Of a stretch of DNA of 64,000 bases, positions 52,539-64,000 are shown piece after piece. The notes under the pieces were generated by a model. That model worked only from the letters and a program-made list of their open reading frames with translations. It was not told where the DNA came from and did no database searches. The DNA is from Candidatus Latescibacterota bacterium (GTDB taxonomy: Bacteria > Latescibacterota > CBDEFO01). The stretch is from contig OZ252149.1 of assembly GCA_965248755.1 (NCBI GenBank), positions 480,001 to 544,000 of the forward strand. Reading direction: 5' to 3'. The translations under genes and the position numbers were made by a program. Each line of letters opens with the position of its first letter. Positions within the stretch are counted from its first letter, which is position 1.

Positions 52539-52649
52539 CAGATTCTCCTTGTGAGGTTGCTTGACTTTGCTGGCAATATGGTGTGGCACATTGCGCAACA
52601 AGGACAAGCATCCAATAGACAGGAACGCTCGAAGGCAGCACTCTTAAGT

Positions 52650-53021
52650 TCAGCTGGGCTTCTTTGTGCCATATTTGGATCTCGCCTGCTTCCTGTCAGT
52701 AACGCCCATAGTATCCAGAACACCACGTACTATGTGATACCTCACACCCGCAAGATCCTTAACGTGTCCGCCTCTTATAAGAACAATAGAGTGTTCCTGA
52801 AGATTATGACCTTCGCCTGGTATATAAGCTGTCACCTCGATACCGTTAGTCAACCGCACCCTTGCTGTCTTCCTAAGTGCAGAGTTCGGTTTTCTAGGAG
52901 TTGACACCCTTACCTGAACGCACACACCTCTTTTTTGAGGCGATCCACCAAGTGCTGGTGTGGACGTCTTGTTGGAGGCCTTCTTGCGGCCCTTTCTGAT
53001 CAATTGATTTATAGTGGGCAA
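52650..53021 (-). CDS. rpsL: 30S ribosomal protein S12
   Basis: [35 protein letters not shown]. Confidence 0.99.
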   Translation of the reverse strand: MPTINQLIRKGRKKASNKTSTPALGGSPQKRGVCVQVRVSTPRKPNSALRKTARVRLTNGIEVTAYIPGEGHNLQEHSIVLIRGGHVKDLAGVRYHIVRGVLDTMGVTDRKQARSKYGTKKPS

Positions 53022-53040
53022 ACCTAACTCCCTTCTTAAA

Positions 53041-53190
53041 GACAGTAGGTAGTAGACAGGGCACCGCTTCCCTTCCCCATTTACGGTCTCCTGTCTTTAT
53101 GTTGCTTGCCGATTACTATCGGGTACAGAGAAGGGAGGTTGCCTGTATGCTGTCTATTGTTTGCTATCTACTTGTTTATGCTATCCACTT
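53041..53190. repeat. Family C repeat with heptamer arms in the rpoC-rpsL spacer
   Basis: GTAGACAGGGCACCGCTTCCCTTCCCCAT and inverted GAAGGGAGG..CCTGTATGCTGTCTATTG. Confidence 0.7.
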
Positions 53191-53194
53191 ATTT

Positions 53195-56100
53195 TCAGTC
53201 GTTTATCGTCAATGATTCTGGCTGTTTGTCCTTCCCTTCGTCGCCAAGAGCCTCTACCTCCGGAACTGTCGTCTCATCTTCTTGGGCAGCTTCGCCGTCA
53301 GGCTCTGTCAGGGCCTCTATCTTAATTCCCTCGCCTTCTGCGGCTCTGTAGTAAGCGCTTCGGTAATGTGGGGACCCGGTCCCGGCAGGGATCAGGTGTC
53401 CGATGATCACGTTTTCCTTGAGTCCTAAAAGTTTATCCACCTTGCCCTGGATTGCAGCTTCGGTCAGTACTCTGGTCGTCTCTTGGAACGAGGCAGCCGA
53501 AATGAAGCTGTTAGTCCTCAAAGATGCCTTAGTTATCCCGAATAAAATAGGCTCAAATGTCGCCGGCTCTCCGCCTTCTTCCCCCACCTTGTTATTTTCA
53601 TCTGCGAATTTGAATCTATCGGCCTCATCACCTTCCAAAAATTCTGTATCACCGGGATCTATCACCCTGACCTTTTGAAGCATCTGACGCACGATCACTT
53701 CTACATGCTTATCGTCTATCTTCACGCCCTGGATCCTATAGACTGCCTGGATCTCGTTCACTAGATATTCCTGAACCTTATATATGCCTTGAATACTTAA
53801 GATATCGTGGGGATTTATTGGGCCTTCGTTGAGTCCTTCTCCTGCTGTAACCCTGTCTTCTTCTCTCACCTTGAGGTGTTTGCCATAGGGGATCACATAT
53901 TTTCTCTCTTCGCCGTCATCTCCTACCACGATTAGCTCTCTGGAGCCCCCTACCATTTCCCCCAACTTTACAATACCATCTATTTCGGTCACGATGGCAG
54001 GGTTTTTGGGTTTTCTGGCTTCAAATAGCTCGGCTACCCTTGGGAGTCCCCCAGTAATATCTCTTGTCTTACTTCTTTCCCTGGGTATTTTGACCAGAAG
54101 ACTTCCGGCAGAAACCTCCTGTTCATCGTGCACGAACAGATGGGCGCCCACAGGGATGATGTAGTTTCTGATCCTGTTGCTATTTTCGTCTATTATTTCG
54201 ATTCTGGGACTCAGGGATCTATCTCTTTGCTCTATGATCACTCTTTCCTTCAGACCCGACGTCTCATCCAATTCCTCGCGGAAGGTCACGTTCGTCACTA
54301 TATCGGCGAACATGGCTTTCCCCTTAACGTCTGTCAGGATAATATTGTTGTACGGATCCCATTCATACAGGAGCTGATTTTCCTTGACAGAATCCCCGTC
54401 CTTCACCTTCAACAGCGCGCCGTAGGCAATATCATGTCTTTCTCTCGATCGCTTATAGTCGTCCAGGATCTCTATCTTTCCTTTGCGACTTAAAACCCTC
54501 AGGCCTTCTCCTTCTTCTTGGCTTAAGTACTCTACGCATTCAATATCCTTAAAGCGTATTGTCCCTTCCCTTTTTGTCTCTATCTTAGACTGCTCGGCGA
54601 TCCTGCTGGCCGTTCCGCCGATGTGGAACGTCCTCAGCGTCAACTGTGTCCCCGGTTCTCCTATGCTTTGAGCCGCTATTACCCCAACTGCATCGCCTAT
54701 TTCGACGGGCCTGGCTGTGGCCAGGTTTCTCCCATAGCACTTGACACATACACCTCTTCTGGACTCGCATGTAAGGACAGAGCGAATGTGCACCGACTCT
54801 ATCCCGGCGTCCGAGATGGAAGCTGCGATTTCCTCATCTACAAGCTCATCGGCAGAGGCGATCAGTTCATCTGTCGATGGGTCATAGACATCGTACAAAA
54901 GCGTCCTGCCGACGATCCGGTCTGAAAGAGGTTCTACAACTTCTTCCCCTTCCTTTAGTTCTACAATTTCGATACCAAGTATAGTATTGCAGCCTTCCAC
55001 CGTGACGACAATATCTTGAGCCACATCCACCATCTTTCTGGTCAGATACCCAGCCTCTGCAGTCTTTAAGGCTGTATCTGCAAGTCCCTTTCTGGCACCG
55101 TGAGTGGAGATAAAATACTCCAGCACAGATAGTCCCTCTTTGAAATTTGCTATAATAGGGGTCTCGATAATCTCACCAACTGCTCCTGTTACCTTTCTTT
55201 GAGGCTTTGTCATTGGACCCCTCATTCCGCCTAACTGATTGATCTGATCGCTGCTGCCCCTTGCTCCCGAATCCCACATCATATACACAGGATTGAATCC
55301 CTCATCTATCTCTTGAAGAGCCTCAAGCATAGCCTCAGATACGTCGCCGGTAGTGTGCTGCCAGACATCAATTATCTTATTATATCTCTCACCGTCTGTG
55401 ATGATGCCTCTTGAATACTGATCCTGTATGGTCTTAACCTCTGAAAGCGCCGCATCTATGAGCTTATCCTTAACCTCCGGAATCACAACGTCGTCTATGC
55501 CTATGGTCACCCCTGATTTGGTCACATAGTTAAATCCCAGATCCTTGAGCCTGTCCGCAAATAGGGCGGTCTGTTTACCTCCATACTTTCGGTAGACCTG
55601 GGATGTGACTTCCGTGATCTTGCTGTTATTCACAAGCTCGTTTACGAACGGATAACCCTGAGGCAGGATCTCGTTGAAGATAATCCTACCCACAGTGGTC
55701 TCTACAAGCTCTCCATCTATCCTTACTTTGATCTCGCTGTTTAGAGCGATCTTCCCGTGGCTATGAGCTGCCAGGGCCTCGTCCTTATCTGAGAACACTT
55801 TCCCTTCGCCCAGATCCTTAGGCCTAACCTTCGTCAGATAGTAGCATCCCAAAGCTATATCCTGGGGCTTGTCTATCACAACTGGAGAACCGTCCGAAGG
55901 CTTCAACAGGTTATTCGACGAAAGCATCAGAACTTTCGCCTCTGTCTGTGATTCAAAAGACAGCGGGACGTGCACCGCCATCTGATCTCCGTCGAAGTCA
56001 GCGTTAAACGCCGCACATACTAAAGGATGGATTTTGATAGCCTTCCCTTCAACCAGCACGGGCTGAAACGCCTGAATTCCAAGTCTGTGCAGAGTAGGAG

Positions 56101-57358
56101 CCCTGTTTAGGAGCACGCAGTGCTCGGCTATGATCTCCTCTAAAATGTCCCATACTTCGGACTTTTCCTGCTCGACCATCTTCTTGGCACTCTTGACTGT
56201 CTGGACCAAGCCCTTCTCCTGGAGTCTCTTGATGATAAAGGGCTTAAAGAGTTCCACCGCCATGCTCTTGGGCAGACCGCATTGATGCAGCTTCATTTCT
56301 GGACCTACTACGATCACAGACCTTCCGGAATAATCAACTCTCTTTCCCAGAAGGTTCTGTCTGAATCTGCCCTGTTTGCCCTTCAAAAGATCAGAAAGGG
56401 ATTTTAAGGCTCTGTTGCCATTGCCCCTTACGGCTTTTGATCTTCTCCCATTGTCAAAGAGGGTATCCACAGCTTCCTGGAGCATCCTCTTTTCGTTTCT
56501 CAGGATCACTTCGGGGGCCTTAATCTCTATCAGCTTCTTCAGGCGGTTGTTTCTATTGATTACACGCTTGTACAGATCGTTTAGATCAGAAGTTGCAAAT
56601 CTTCCACCATCCAGTGGAACCAGCGGCCTCAAATCCGGCGGAATAACCGGTATCGCGTCCATAATCATCCATTCTGGTCTATTATTGGACTGCCTGAATG
56701 CCTCTACTACTTTCAGTCTCTTTAGGGCATCCTGCTTCCTCTGCACAGAGGTCTCCATTCTGGCCTGAGTCCGCAAGCTAGCCGAAAGTTCCTCTATATC
56801 TATGTTTTGGAAGAGTTTCTTCACGGCGGGCGCCCCTATACCCACCTCGAAGTGACACCTTTGTTCCTCCAGGTCGATCACCTCATCCTCAGAAAGGAGA
56901 TCCTTTTCATTTATCGGGGCATCTCCTTTGTCGATCACTACGTACGACTCGTAGTAAAGGATCCTTTCCAAATTTCGTACTGAAATATCCAGAAGATGGC
57001 TCATCCTGGAGGGGAGAGATTTGAAATACCATATATGAGATACAGGAACAGCCAACTTGACATGCCCGAGCCTTTCTCTTCTGACCTTACTCTGAGTTAC
57101 TTCCACCCCGCACCTGTCGCATATAACGCCTTTGTACCTTATCCTCTTGTACTTTCCGCAGTGACACTCCCAATCTTTTACAGGTCCGAATATCCGCTCG
57201 CAAAAGAGTCCATCTCTTTCGGGCTTGAACGAACGGTAGTTGATAGTCTCGGGTTTGGTCACCTCTCCATGTGACCACTTCAATATACTCTCAGGAGACG
57301 CCAACTGAACCCTAATAGAATTAAAACCCCTGGACTTCCTTAGATTAGAATCGATCAC
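53195..57358 (-). CDS. rpoC: RNA polymerase beta' subunit
   Basis: [42 protein letters not shown]. Confidence 0.99.
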   Translation of the reverse strand: MIDSNLRKSRGFNSIRVQLASPESILKWSHGEVTKPETINYRSFKPERDGLFCERIFGPVKDWECHCGKYKRIRYKGVICDRCGVEVTQSKVRRERLGHVKLAVPVSHIWYFKSLPSRMSHLLDISVRNLERILYYESYVVIDKGDAPINEKDLLSEDEVIDLEEQRCHFEVGIGAPAVKKLFQNIDIEELSASLRTQARMETSVQRKQDALKRLKVVEAFRQSNNRPEWMIMDAIPVIPPDLRPLVPLDGGRFATSDLNDLYKRVINRNNRLKKLIEIKAPEVILRNEKRMLQEAVDTLFDNGRRSKAVRGNGNRALKSLSDLLKGKQGRFRQNLLGKRVDYSGRSVIVVGPEMKLHQCGLPKSMAVELFKPFIIKRLQEKGLVQTVKSAKKMVEQEKSEVWDILEEIIAEHCVLLNRAPTLHRLGIQAFQPVLVEGKAIKIHPLVCAAFNADFDGDQMAVHVPLSFESQTEAKVLMLSSNNLLKPSDGSPVVIDKPQDIALGCYYLTKVRPKDLGEGKVFSDKDEALAAHSHGKIALNSEIKVRIDGELVETTVGRIIFNEILPQGYPFVNELVNNSKITEVTSQVYRKYGGKQTALFADRLKDLGFNYVTKSGVTIGIDDVVIPEVKDKLIDAALSEVKTIQDQYSRGIITDGERYNKIIDVWQHTTGDVSEAMLEALQEIDEGFNPVYMMWDSGARGSSDQINQLGGMRGPMTKPQRKVTGAVGEIIETPIIANFKEGLSVLEYFISTHGARKGLADTALKTAEAGYLTRKMVDVAQDIVVTVEGCNTILGIEIVELKEGEEVVEPLSDRIVGRTLLYDVYDPSTDELIASADELVDEEIAASISDAGIESVHIRSVLTCESRRGVCVKCYGRNLATARPVEIGDAVGVIAAQSIGEPGTQLTLRTFHIGGTASRIAEQSKIETKREGTIRFKDIECVEYLSQEEGEGLRVLSRKGKIEILDDYKRSRERHDIAYGALLKVKDGDSVKENQLLYEWDPYNNIILTDVKGKAMFADIVTNVTFREELDETSGLKERVIIEQRDRSLSPRIEIIDENSNRIRNYIIPVGAHLFVHDEQEVSAGSLLVKIPRERSKTRDITGGLPRVAELFEARKPKNPAIVTEIDGIVKLGEMVGGSRELIVVGDDGEERKYVIPYGKHLKVREEDRVTAGEGLNEGPINPHDILSIQGIYKVQEYLVNEIQAVYRIQGVKIDDKHVEVIVRQMLQKVRVIDPGDTEFLEGDEADRFKFADENNKVGEEGGEPATFEPILFGITKASLRTNSFISAASFQETTRVLTEAAIQGKVDKLLGLKENVIIGHLIPAGTGSPHYRSAYYRAAEGEGIKIEALTEPDGEAAQEDETTVPEVEALGDEGKDKQPESLTIND

Positions 57359-57424
57359 TTAAGATACCCCCTAAATAAGTACGTAGTAGGCAGCGCGCGT
57401 TCTCCCTTGTTCACTGAGTACTCT

Positions 57425-60400
57425 CTACTCTTGTAAAGCTTCGCTGTTTTCCAGACGGATATCTAAACCTAAACTCTGAAGTTCCTTTACCAAAACGTTA
57501 AACGACTCCGGTATCCCCGGCTCAGGAGAGTTTTCACCCTTGACTATGGCCTCGTAGATTTTGGATCTTCCCACCACATCATCCGACTTGACTGTCAGCA
57601 TTTCCTGTAAAAGATGGGCCGCGCCGTAAGCCTCCAGAGCCCAGACCTCCATCTCTCCAATGCGCTGACCGCCAAACTGAGCTTTCCCTCCCAGTGGCTG
57701 CTGAGTTACGAGTGAATACGGCCCGATAGATCGTGCGTGTATCTTATCTGCCACAAGGTGTGAGAGCTTCATCATATAAAGATAGCCAACTGTAACCTCT
57801 TTGTCAAACGGTTCTCCCGTTCTTCCGTCGACAAGGACAGTCTTTCCGCTTTCAGGGAGTCCCGCCTCCTTCAGAGTTGATTTGACTTCATCCAAAGTTG
57901 CCCCGTCGAATACAGGAGTCGCTACATACCTGTTCAGCTCTTTTGCCGCCCACCCCAGGTGAGTCTCTAATATTTGGCCCAAGTTCATCCTACCTGGAAC
58001 TCCGAGGGGATTCAGTATAACATCCACAGGCGTTCCATTCGGAAGACAGGGCATATCCTCCTCGGGCACGATCTTAGACACGACCCCTTTATTACCGTGT
58101 CTTCCTGCCACCTTATCTCCTACCGAGAGTCTCCCCTTCCTTGCCACGTAAACCTTTATAAGCTGCACGATCCCTGGGGGTAGCTCATCTCCCCTTGTGA
58201 TCTTATCTATGTCGCGGTCCAAACGTTCCTTCACCGACTCGATCTCGTCTTGGGCAATCTTTATCAATTGCTCTGCCATCCGATTCACTTCATCGTCGGC
58301 CGTCCATCCATCCTCTGGCCGAGCTCGGTCAAAATCGATGCTTGTGAGTAGCTTTTCAGTAAAAACCCGACCTTTATTAACCACCACAGAGTCATCTTCC
58401 TTGTTCCAAAGAGTCCTAGTTCTTCTGTGTTGCAGGATTCCTCTTATCTGTTCATCCCTCAGCGATTTGATGTTTTTTATCATACTTTCTGCTTCTACTC
58501 TCAGCCCCTCTATCTTTTCTTTATCCACCTTTTTAGTGTTTTCATCTCTTTCCTTCCTTGAAAAGACTACTCTTCCCATAACCACGCCGTCCATTCCTGC
58601 GGTAGCTCTCAGTGAAGCATCTCTTACGTCCCCCGCCTTCTCACCGAAGATAGCCCTTAAGAGTCTTTCTTCGGGTGAAAGCTCAGTTTCACCTTTGGGG
58701 GTAACTTTCCCAACCAAGATATCGTTTGGGCCTACTTCTGCCCCAACACGAATGATCCCCCTTTCATCGAGATTTCTGACGAACTGTTCGTTTACATTGG
58801 GGATCTCTCTTGTTATTTCCTCCACACCCCTTTTTGTATCCCGCACCTGAATCTCGAACTCTTCAATATGTATTGAAGTAAGCACATCGTCTTTTAACAG
58901 CCTTTCGCTTACCACTATAGCATCCTCGAAATTACATCCGCTCCAGGACATAAAAGCCACCAGGACGTTTGCTCCAAGCGCAAGGTCTCCTCTGTCTGTG
59001 GATGGACCGTCCGCTAAAACGTCTCCCTTTTGCACCTTATCCTTTACTCTTACGATGGGCCTTTGATTTACACAGCAGTCGTGATTAGACCTTTTGAACT
59101 TAGTCAGGCGGTATCTGTCGCAATCGGAGAACCCCAATGAGGGCGATTCGTCTTTACCTGATTTATCTTTCTTTACTGTGATCCTATCTGCCGTCACCTC
59201 TATTACCTGTCCGGAGTTTTTGGCCATAATCATAACTCCGGAGTCCATCGCAGTCTTGCGCTCGATTCCTGTGCCTACGTATGGAGCATCTGTCTTCAAA
59301 AGTGGGACGCCCTGACGCTGCATATTCGACCCCATTAAGGCTCTATTTGCATCGTCGTGCTCCAAGAAGGGGATCAGTGCTGCAGCCACGCTTACCAACT
59401 GCTTGGGGGACACATCCATATAGTCTATCTCTTTTGGTGACACGATGGGGAAATCTCCTCTCTTTCTGGCCTTAACCAAAGAATCAGAAAACCTCCCGTT
59501 TTTATCTAATTTCGATTTAGCTTGAGCTATAGTGTACCTATCCTCGGCATCTGCAGACAGATACTCTATCTTTGAGGTCACTTTTCCGTTTTTCACCACC
59601 CTGTAGGGAGTCTCCAAGAACCCCAGCGAGTTTACCCTTGTATAGGTGCTCAACGAGGCAATAAGACCGATGTTAGGACCCTCTGGCGTCTCTATAGGAC
59701 ATATCCTCCCGTAGTGGGTGTGATGGACGTCCCTGACCTCAAATCCTGCTCGATCCTTTGTCAAGCCTCCCGGTCCAAGAGCGGAAAGCCTCCTTTTGTG
59801 CGTCATCCCATCCAAAGGGTTTATCTGCGCCATAAACTGAGAAAGCTGGCCGCTTCCAAAGAACGACATTATGGCTGTCGAGACTGTCCTTGCATTCACA
59901 AGTGCTTGAGGTGTTAGAGAATCGCTGTCTCTTAAGCTCATTCGCTCTCTTATAGTCTTTGCCATTCTGGAGAGCCCAGCTGAAAACTGTTTTGATGCGA
60001 GTTCTCCGACCGATCTCACCCTCCGATTGCCCAGATGATCTATATCGTCTGTGTAGCCGCCGCCGCTGTGAAGTTCCGAGAGATAGCCTATGATGCTGAT
60101 AAAATCCTTCTTATGAAGAACTGTGCTCTTGAGGGGTATGTCCAGTTGCAGACGCTGATTTATCCTGTAGCGCCCCACTTCTCCAAGATTATAGCGCTTA
60201 GGGTTAAAAAATAGCTTCTCCAAGTGACTTTTAGCTGTCTCAACGTTAGGAGGATCACCCGGCCTCAGAAGGCTATATATCCTGGACAGGGCCTCCTCTT
60301 GGCTGTCGCACGTATCCTTATTTAACGTATTCTTTATGACCCCATTTTCTACCTCTTCTGGATCCATACTGACGACTTCTATGCTCTTGATACCGGACTT

Positions 60401-61372
60401 TTGGAGAGATATTACGGAATTCTCTGTTACGACCTCGAATTCTTGGAGAGTAAGCTCCCCGTTCGACTCGTCCACGATATCCTCAAGGCAGATATGCCCG
60501 ATTATGTCTTCATCTACAGTCCTTCTTTGGCGGGAGAGCACCTGAACTCCCTTTACCCCGACGCTTTTGAGAATCTCAAGGTGTTCTGTATCCAGCTTTG
60601 TGAGCCAGTCTATCAGGACCTCTCCGGAATCCTTGTCTACTACCTCATCCATCAAGATTTGGTTCGCCAAATTCTTATCTATCTTCTTTGACTTCCTTGA
60701 TCCATGGAACACAGCAAGGATGTGTCCCTCAGTTGGGAATCCTAAAGCCCTCAGAAGGACTGTTACGGGGATCTTTCTTTTTCGTTCGATCTGGACATAC
60801 ATAAGGTCGTTTATGTCCATGCTGAACTCGAACCACGTGCCTCTGTCGGGTATAACCCTCGCTGAGTAGAGGTTCTTTCCGTTGGGGTGAGTCGTTTCGT
60901 CGAAGAAGCAGCCGGGAGAGCGATGAAGCTGACTTACTATCACCTTTTCGACCCCATTAATTACAAATGTCCCGTTTGGGGTCATTAGTGGAAGCTCACC
61001 TAAAAAGACAGATTGTTCTATAATATCCTTTATCTTTTCCTTATCCTGACGGTCCCTGGAAATAAGCCTCAAAGTCGCCTTCAGGGGCGCTGCATAGGTC
61101 GAATCTCTTTCCTGGCACTCCTCGATGCTGTATTTGGGTTTGCCCATAGAGTAGTTGACAAACTCCAAAGTATATGCATTGTGAATATCGGAGATCGGAA
61201 AAATAGCCCTGAATACCGACTGAAGGCCCTTATTTTCTCTCTTTTCAGGCGGTACATCAGCTTGAAGAAACAAATCATAAGAATTGATCTGGATTTCCAA
61301 AAGATCGGGTATTTCGATAATCTCAGGCGTCTTGGCGTAGGACTTACGCGCTAAAATTCCTATCTCGTCCAA
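57425..61372 (-). CDS. rpoB: RNA polymerase beta subunit
   Basis: [48 protein letters not shown]. Confidence 0.99.
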   Translation of the reverse strand: MDEIGILARKSYAKTPEIIEIPDLLEIQINSYDLFLQADVPPEKRENKGLQSVFRAIFPISDIHNAYTLEFVNYSMGKPKYSIEECQERDSTYAAPLKATLRLISRDRQDKEKIKDIIEQSVFLGELPLMTPNGTFVINGVEKVIVSQLHRSPGCFFDETTHPNGKNLYSARVIPDRGTWFEFSMDINDLMYVQIERKRKIPVTVLLRALGFPTEGHILAVFHGSRKSKKIDKNLANQILMDEVVDKDSGEVLIDWLTKLDTEHLEILKSVGVKGVQVLSRQRRTVDEDIIGHICLEDIVDESNGELTLQEFEVVTENSVISLQKSGIKSIEVVSMDPEEVENGVIKNTLNKDTCDSQEEALSRIYSLLRPGDPPNVETAKSHLEKLFFNPKRYNLGEVGRYRINQRLQLDIPLKSTVLHKKDFISIIGYLSELHSGGGYTDDIDHLGNRRVRSVGELASKQFSAGLSRMAKTIRERMSLRDSDSLTPQALVNARTVSTAIMSFFGSGQLSQFMAQINPLDGMTHKRRLSALGPGGLTKDRAGFEVRDVHHTHYGRICPIETPEGPNIGLIASLSTYTRVNSLGFLETPYRVVKNGKVTSKIEYLSADAEDRYTIAQAKSKLDKNGRFSDSLVKARKRGDFPIVSPKEIDYMDVSPKQLVSVAAALIPFLEHDDANRALMGSNMQRQGVPLLKTDAPYVGTGIERKTAMDSGVMIMAKNSGQVIEVTADRITVKKDKSGKDESPSLGFSDCDRYRLTKFKRSNHDCCVNQRPIVRVKDKVQKGDVLADGPSTDRGDLALGANVLVAFMSWSGCNFEDAIVVSERLLKDDVLTSIHIEEFEIQVRDTKRGVEEITREIPNVNEQFVRNLDERGIIRVGAEVGPNDILVGKVTPKGETELSPEERLLRAIFGEKAGDVRDASLRATAGMDGVVMGRVVFSRKERDENTKKVDKEKIEGLRVEAESMIKNIKSLRDEQIRGILQHRRTRTLWNKEDDSVVVNKGRVFTEKLLTSIDFDRARPEDGWTADDEVNRMAEQLIKIAQDEIESVKERLDRDIDKITRGDELPPGIVQLIKVYVARKGRLSVGDKVAGRHGNKGVVSKIVPEEDMPCLPNGTPVDVILNPLGVPGRMNLGQILETHLGWAAKELNRYVATPVFDGATLDEVKSTLKEAGLPESGKTVLVDGRTGEPFDKEVTVGYLYMMKLSHLVADKIHARSIGPYSLVTQQPLGGKAQFGGQRIGEMEVWALEAYGAAHLLQEMLTVKSDDVVGRSKIYEAIVKGENSPEPGIPESFNVLVKELQSLGLDIRLENSEALQE

Positions 61373-61507
61373 ATCAGCTCACGCTCCTTAAGTTAGAATA
61401 TGACGAACCATAAACGACCGTTAAGGGCTTCAAGGGTCACCTCTTTTCACCGTTCACATCTTTAGAGGCAGAAGGCATTTCTAACTGATACTTGACTTTT
61501 TAGATTC

Positions 61508-61906
61508 CTACTTTATCTCAACTGTAGCGCCGACCTCTTCGAGTTTGGCCTTAATATCTTCGACTTCTTCTTTGGATGCGCCTTCCTTAACGGAGTTGGG
61601 GGCAGAATCCACCAGAGCCTTAGCCTCCTTGAGTCCTAAATCTGTCAGCGATCTTACCACCTTTATAACCTGAATCTTCTTTTCTCCGATCTCGGTCAGG
61701 ATCGCATCAAACTCTGTCTGTTCCTCCTCCTGGGGAGCCTCAGCCTCTGCACTGGGGGCCGCGGGTCCAGACAATACGGCGGGAGCAGCCGCAGTTACGC
61801 CGAACTCGTCCTCCAAAGACTTCACAAGGTCTGTCAACTCCAAGACGGATAACTCCTTGATAGATTTCATAATTTCTTCAACGCCGCTCTTGCTTTTAAC
61901 AGCCAT
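61508..61906 (-). CDS. rplL: 50S ribosomal protein L7/L12
   Basis: FGVTAAA, KI.VIK.VR, LGLKEAK.LV. Confidence 0.98.
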   Translation of the reverse strand: MAVKSKSGVEEIMKSIKELSVLELTDLVKSLEDEFGVTAAAPAVLSGPAAPSAEAEAPQEEEQTEFDAILTEIGEKKIQVIKVVRSLTDLGLKEAKALVDSAPNSVKEGASKEEVEDIKAKLEEVGATVEIK

Positions 61907-61952
61907 ATTTACTACCCTCCAATGCTACTGTCGTTAAGAACATGGATAATTA

Positions 61953-62486
61953 TCATCCCGAGTTGTCTTCTTCTTGTCTTTTCTTGGCTACAGCATCCAA
62001 GGTGCGCACTAATTTTAAGGAGATCCCAGCCAAAGCCCAGACTAATCTGAAGATCGGAGACTTCACCCCTTGGACCACCTTGGCTAAAATCTCATCCCTT
62101 GGCAAAACCTTCGACAGAGCATCTATTTGATCCTCATTGAAGAAGTTTCCCTCTACAAGTCCGCTCTTGATAGTTGGCTTTCCAGTGTCCGTGGCAAACT
62201 TTTTTAACAGTCTTGCAGGTGCCACAGGGTCACCTTCTGTATAAGCAATAGCAATAGGGCCTGTTAAGAATTCTTTTAACTGGGGAAGCCCTGCCTTATC
62301 TGCCGCCAGCCTCGTCAGAGAATCCTTTACGACCCGATAAGAGATTGAGGATTCCTTCAACGTCCTCCTCATGTCCGTCATAGACTGCACATTTATGCCC
62401 GTAAAGTCCGTCAGGAATATGCCGCTGGACGAAGAAAGAATATTCGTCAGCTCTTCCACAATCGCTTCTTTTTCAGGCGCAGGCAT
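61953..62486 (-). CDS. rplJ: 50S ribosomal protein L10
   Basis: DFTGI, VVKD.L, L.GP.AIA; between rplA and rplL. Confidence 0.95.
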   Translation of the reverse strand: MPAPEKEAIVEELTNILSSSSGIFLTDFTGINVQSMTDMRRTLKESSISYRVVKDSLTRLAADKAGLPQLKEFLTGPIAIAYTEGDPVAPARLLKKFATDTGKPTIKSGLVEGNFFNEDQIDALSKVLPRDEILAKVVQGVKSPIFRLVWALAGISLKLVRTLDAVAKKRQEEDNSG

Positions 62487-62581
62487 GATCCTTATATCCT
62501 TGTGGGTTATCCTAGTGAGTAGACCACATACAGAGAATGGAGTAGGTACCCCCTGTCTGCTGACTAACGTCCATCGAATGC

Positions 62582-63277
62582 TTATCTGTTGGTCAGGACC
62601 GACTCACTCAGTTTGATTCCCGGACTCATTGTAGATGAAATCGTAATAGACCTTACATACTGTCCTTTTGCCGCAGGAGGTCTTGCTCTCAGAATAGCGG
62701 TAAAGAGGGCCTTCGAGTTTTCCTTTAATTCTTCATCCTCAAACGATATTTTGCCCACAGGGACGTGGACATTCCCTGTGTTGTCCACCCTAAACTCTAC
62801 TCGACCAGCTTTGGACTCTTTCACGGCCTTTCCTACTTCCTGGGTAACCGTACCGCTCTTAGGGTTCGGCATAAGTCCACGGGGACCCAATATTCTTCCG
62901 AGCTTTCCCACCTTGCTCATCATCGCGGGCACAGCTATAGCTAAATCGAAATCCGTCCATCCGCCTGATATTCTCTGGACTAACTCGTCCGCCCCTACGT
63001 AATCTGCTCCAGACTCTTTGGCTTCCTGGGCCAATTCACCCTCAGCAAATACCAAAACTACTGTCTGCCTTCCCGTACCGTGAGGTAACACCAGCGTTTC
63101 CCTTACTATTTGATCGGCATGCCTTGGATCTACTCCCAGCCGCATAGAAACTTCCACGGTCTCATCAAACTTGCTCTTATGCATTCCCTTTAATAGTTTC
63201 AATCCCTCCTCTAGGCCGTAGCGTTCTTTCCGGTCTAAAGTCGAAACATTTTCTTTGTAATTTTTGCCCCTGAACAT
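62582..63277 (-). CDS. rplA: 50S ribosomal protein L1
   Basis: [32 protein letters not shown]. Confidence 0.98.
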   Translation of the reverse strand: MFRGKNYKENVSTLDRKERYGLEEGLKLLKGMHKSKFDETVEVSMRLGVDPRHADQIVRETLVLPHGTGRQTVVLVFAEGELAQEAKESGADYVGADELVQRISGGWTDFDLAIAVPAMMSKVGKLGRILGPRGLMPNPKSGTVTQEVGKAVKESKAGRVEFRVDNTGNVHVPVGKISFEDEELKENSKALFTAILRARPPAAKGQYVRSITISSTMSPGIKLSESVLTNR

Positions 63278-63367
63278 ACGAAGTTCCTCATTTACTGTTA
63301 AAGCATAAGCTCTTGTATTGTTAAAGCATAAGCTCTGGCAACCATACCTCAAAGTTTTGCTGTAGCT

Positions 63368-63796
63368 CTATTCTCCCTCAACCGTAATCCCCATATTCTT
63401 TGCAGTTCCAATAACTATTTTCATAGCAGCATCTATACTTGTAGCATTTAGATCGGGTATCTTGACTTCTGCTATTTCCCTTATTTGATCGATCGTTATA
63501 GTTCCCACCTTTTGCTTATTTGGCTCAGGTGATCCTTTTTCGATATTCAAAGTCTTTTTCAGAAGGAACGACACAGGAGGTTTCTTAGTTACAAACGAAA
63601 AGGATCGGTCGGCATAGATCGTAATCACCACGGGAATAAGGAGTCCAGCATCGCTCTGGGTCCTTGCGTTAAACTCCTTGCAAAACTCCATCATATTCAC
63701 GCCGTGAGGCCCCAAAGCCGGAGCTATAGGAGGTTCTGGCTTTGCGCTCCCCCCTGAAATTTGAAGTTTGACTGTTGCAATAACTTTCTTAGCCAA
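63368..63796 (-). CDS. rplK: 50S ribosomal protein L11
   Basis: KLQI, PALG..GVN..EFCK.FNA, GTA..MG. Confidence 0.98.
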   Translation of the reverse strand: MAKKVIATVKLQISGGSAKPEPPIAPALGPHGVNMMEFCKEFNARTQSDAGLLIPVVITIYADRSFSFVTKKPPVSFLLKKTLNIEKGSPEPNKQKVGTITIDQIREIAEVKIPDLNATSIDAAMKIVIGTAKNMGITVEGE

Positions 63797-63814
63797 TTTG
63801 AAGGACCTCTCCGG

Positions 63815-64000
63815 TTACTTTTGCTCTTCTTCTGGCATACTTTCCACCTGGAGGATGTCTAACTCTACAGGTGTCTGTCTTCCGAAGATGCTCACCATCA
63901 CCTTGATCTTGTTCTTTTCAAGATTCATCTCCCGAACAATCCCGAAAAAGTCATTAAACGGCCCGTCGATCACCTTGACTCTGTCGCCTAACAAATACGG
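63815..64000 (-). CDS. nusG: Transcription factor NusG, C-terminal KOW part (5' partial)
   Basis: Manual translation [30 protein letters not shown]. Confidence 0.95.
   Translation of the reverse strand, partial: PYLLGDRVKVIDGPFNDFFGIVREMNLEKNKIKVMVSIFGRQTPVELDILQVESMPEEEQK

Noticed and set aside
1..64000. CRISPR array
   Set aside because: No regularly spaced direct repeats with unique spacers and no cas genes; the repeats are dispersed palindromes.
1..64000. Stop-codon reassignment or selenocysteine read-through as the cause of protein tails
   Set aside because: TAA, TAG and TGA all end conserved genes at expected positions, and the tails contain no in-frame stops.

Overview
Chromosomal window from a diderm bacterium (outer-membrane beta-barrels and lipoproteins present; an FCB-type candidate phylum is a guess, not tested). 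The right half (32.6-64 kb, all minus strand) is the core cluster: partial nusG, rplKAJL, rpoBC, str, S10, spc and alpha operons, 40 complete genes. The left half is accessory and metabolic: GalT with two GH57 alpha-glucan enzymes, two CorB/CNNM transporters, a three-gene c-type cytochrome / heme-lipoprotein / heme-porin operon, AmmeMemoRadiSam B and A, a FadL-like porin, oxidoreductases, tRNA-Leu(CAA), an nfeD-floA-yqfB-like operon, an apparently intact IS1380 element, SGNH and GT-C/TPR genes, a broken DNA methyltransferase, two paralogous lipoproteins with a MoaD/ThiS protein, and rlmD. Four things stand out. (1) A compact porin-cytochrome module with a heme on an Ig-like stalk. (2) Several families of short palindromic repeats that fill intergenic spacers and also sit in frame inside proteins, possibly including ribosomal protein tails. 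(3) Substitutions at classic antibiotic-resistance positions in S12, RpoB and EF-G. (4) Frameshifts, lost stops and non-ATG starts that suggest genome erosion or assembly error. All protein calls come from motif recognition; no database search was run.
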